Shown here in pieces: positions 44,213 through 44,526 of a DNA stretch of 44,526 nucleotides. The translations under genes and the position numbers were made by a program. Position 1 is the first letter of the stretch. Each line of letters starts with the position of its first letter. Origin of the DNA: Escherichia phage vB_EcoP-101117UKE2; the sequence record MZ234019.1, one strand, 5' to 3'. Under the pieces are notes generated by a model, which saw nothing but the letters and a program-made list of their open reading frames with translations, had not been told where the DNA came from and made no database searches.

Positions 44213-44225
44213 CACTATAAGAGAG
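44203..44225 (+). promoter_or_regulatory. phage RNAP promoter variant ATTTAGCTGACACTATAAGAGAG
   Basis: SP6-consensus-like upstream half; altered initiation region TATAAGAG. Confidence 0.55.
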
Positions 44226-44285
44226 GGTTTAACAGGGCGCTCTTGCGAGAGTGCCCGATTAAATCAACTTAACGAGATATTAAAT

Positions 44286-44462
44286 ATGAAATACATACTG
44301 ATTGCTATGTTTTCTGGCTTCATTGGCTATGCTGGTGCTTCTTATGACAACTACAGAAGTAAGCAATTGGCTGCTGAAAAGTGGGATAAAACCTATTTTG
44401 CTTGTATGAAACAAGGTAATTTGATGCAAGATTGCATACTTAAAGCGCGCAGCGAAGAGTGA
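44286..44462 (+). CDS. small protein with signal-peptide-like N-terminus (58 aa)
   Basis: MKYILIAMFSGFIGYAGA hydrophobic N-terminus, two Cys; weak RBS. Confidence 0.4.
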   Translation: MKYILIAMFSGFIGYAGASYDNYRSKQLAAEKWDKTYFACMKQGNLMQDCILKARSEE

Positions 44463-44526
44463 TGAGCCTATAGCCTACTTAAGTGGGCTATGTGAACACC
44501 ATTCATTAACTCAAAAGGTGACTATT

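Noticed and set aside
1-44526. tRNA genes, CRISPR arrays, integrase or repressor genes, and host flanking sequence
   Set aside because: No cloverleaf-like or repeat-spacer structures and no recombinase or repressor signatures were recognised by eye; a tRNA search tool was not available to confirm.

Overview
The window reads as one essentially complete genome (about 44.5 kb) of a virulent T7-supergroup podophage of the SP6 type, written as a circular permutation. Everything below is from reading the sequence and recalled protein families; no searches were run. All supported genes are on the + strand; minus-strand ORFs in the track look like shadow ORFs. The order is: physical genome end with short-repeat array and host-type promoters (about 42.1-42.9 kb); early genes including an Ocr-like DNA mimic (42.9-44.5 kb, continuing at 1-924); single-subunit RNA polymerase (988-3615); DNA metabolism (3.9-17.7 kb: primase/helicase, family A DNA polymerase, 5'-3' exonuclease, endonuclease VII, metallophosphoesterase, ATP-dependent ligase, GNAT-like protein); structural genes (17.9-35.4 kb: portal, scaffold, capsid, tail tube A/B, three internal virion proteins, tail fiber); T7-type holin, small and large terminase (35.4-37.8 kb); a post-terminase module with three tandem paralogs, an M15 endolysin and spanin-like ORFs (38.0-40.1 kb); and a tailspike (40.3-41.8 kb). 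Eleven phage promoters share the consensus ATTTAC(T/C)GGACACTATAG, with a few SP6-consensus-like variants. Features not explained by ordinary annotation include a perfect 55-bp tandem duplication that frameshifts a gene, a 16-bp perfect palindrome recurring at six gene junctions, and a cluster of small acidic early proteins next to ocr. No tRNA, rRNA, CRISPR array, integrase or repressor was recognised.
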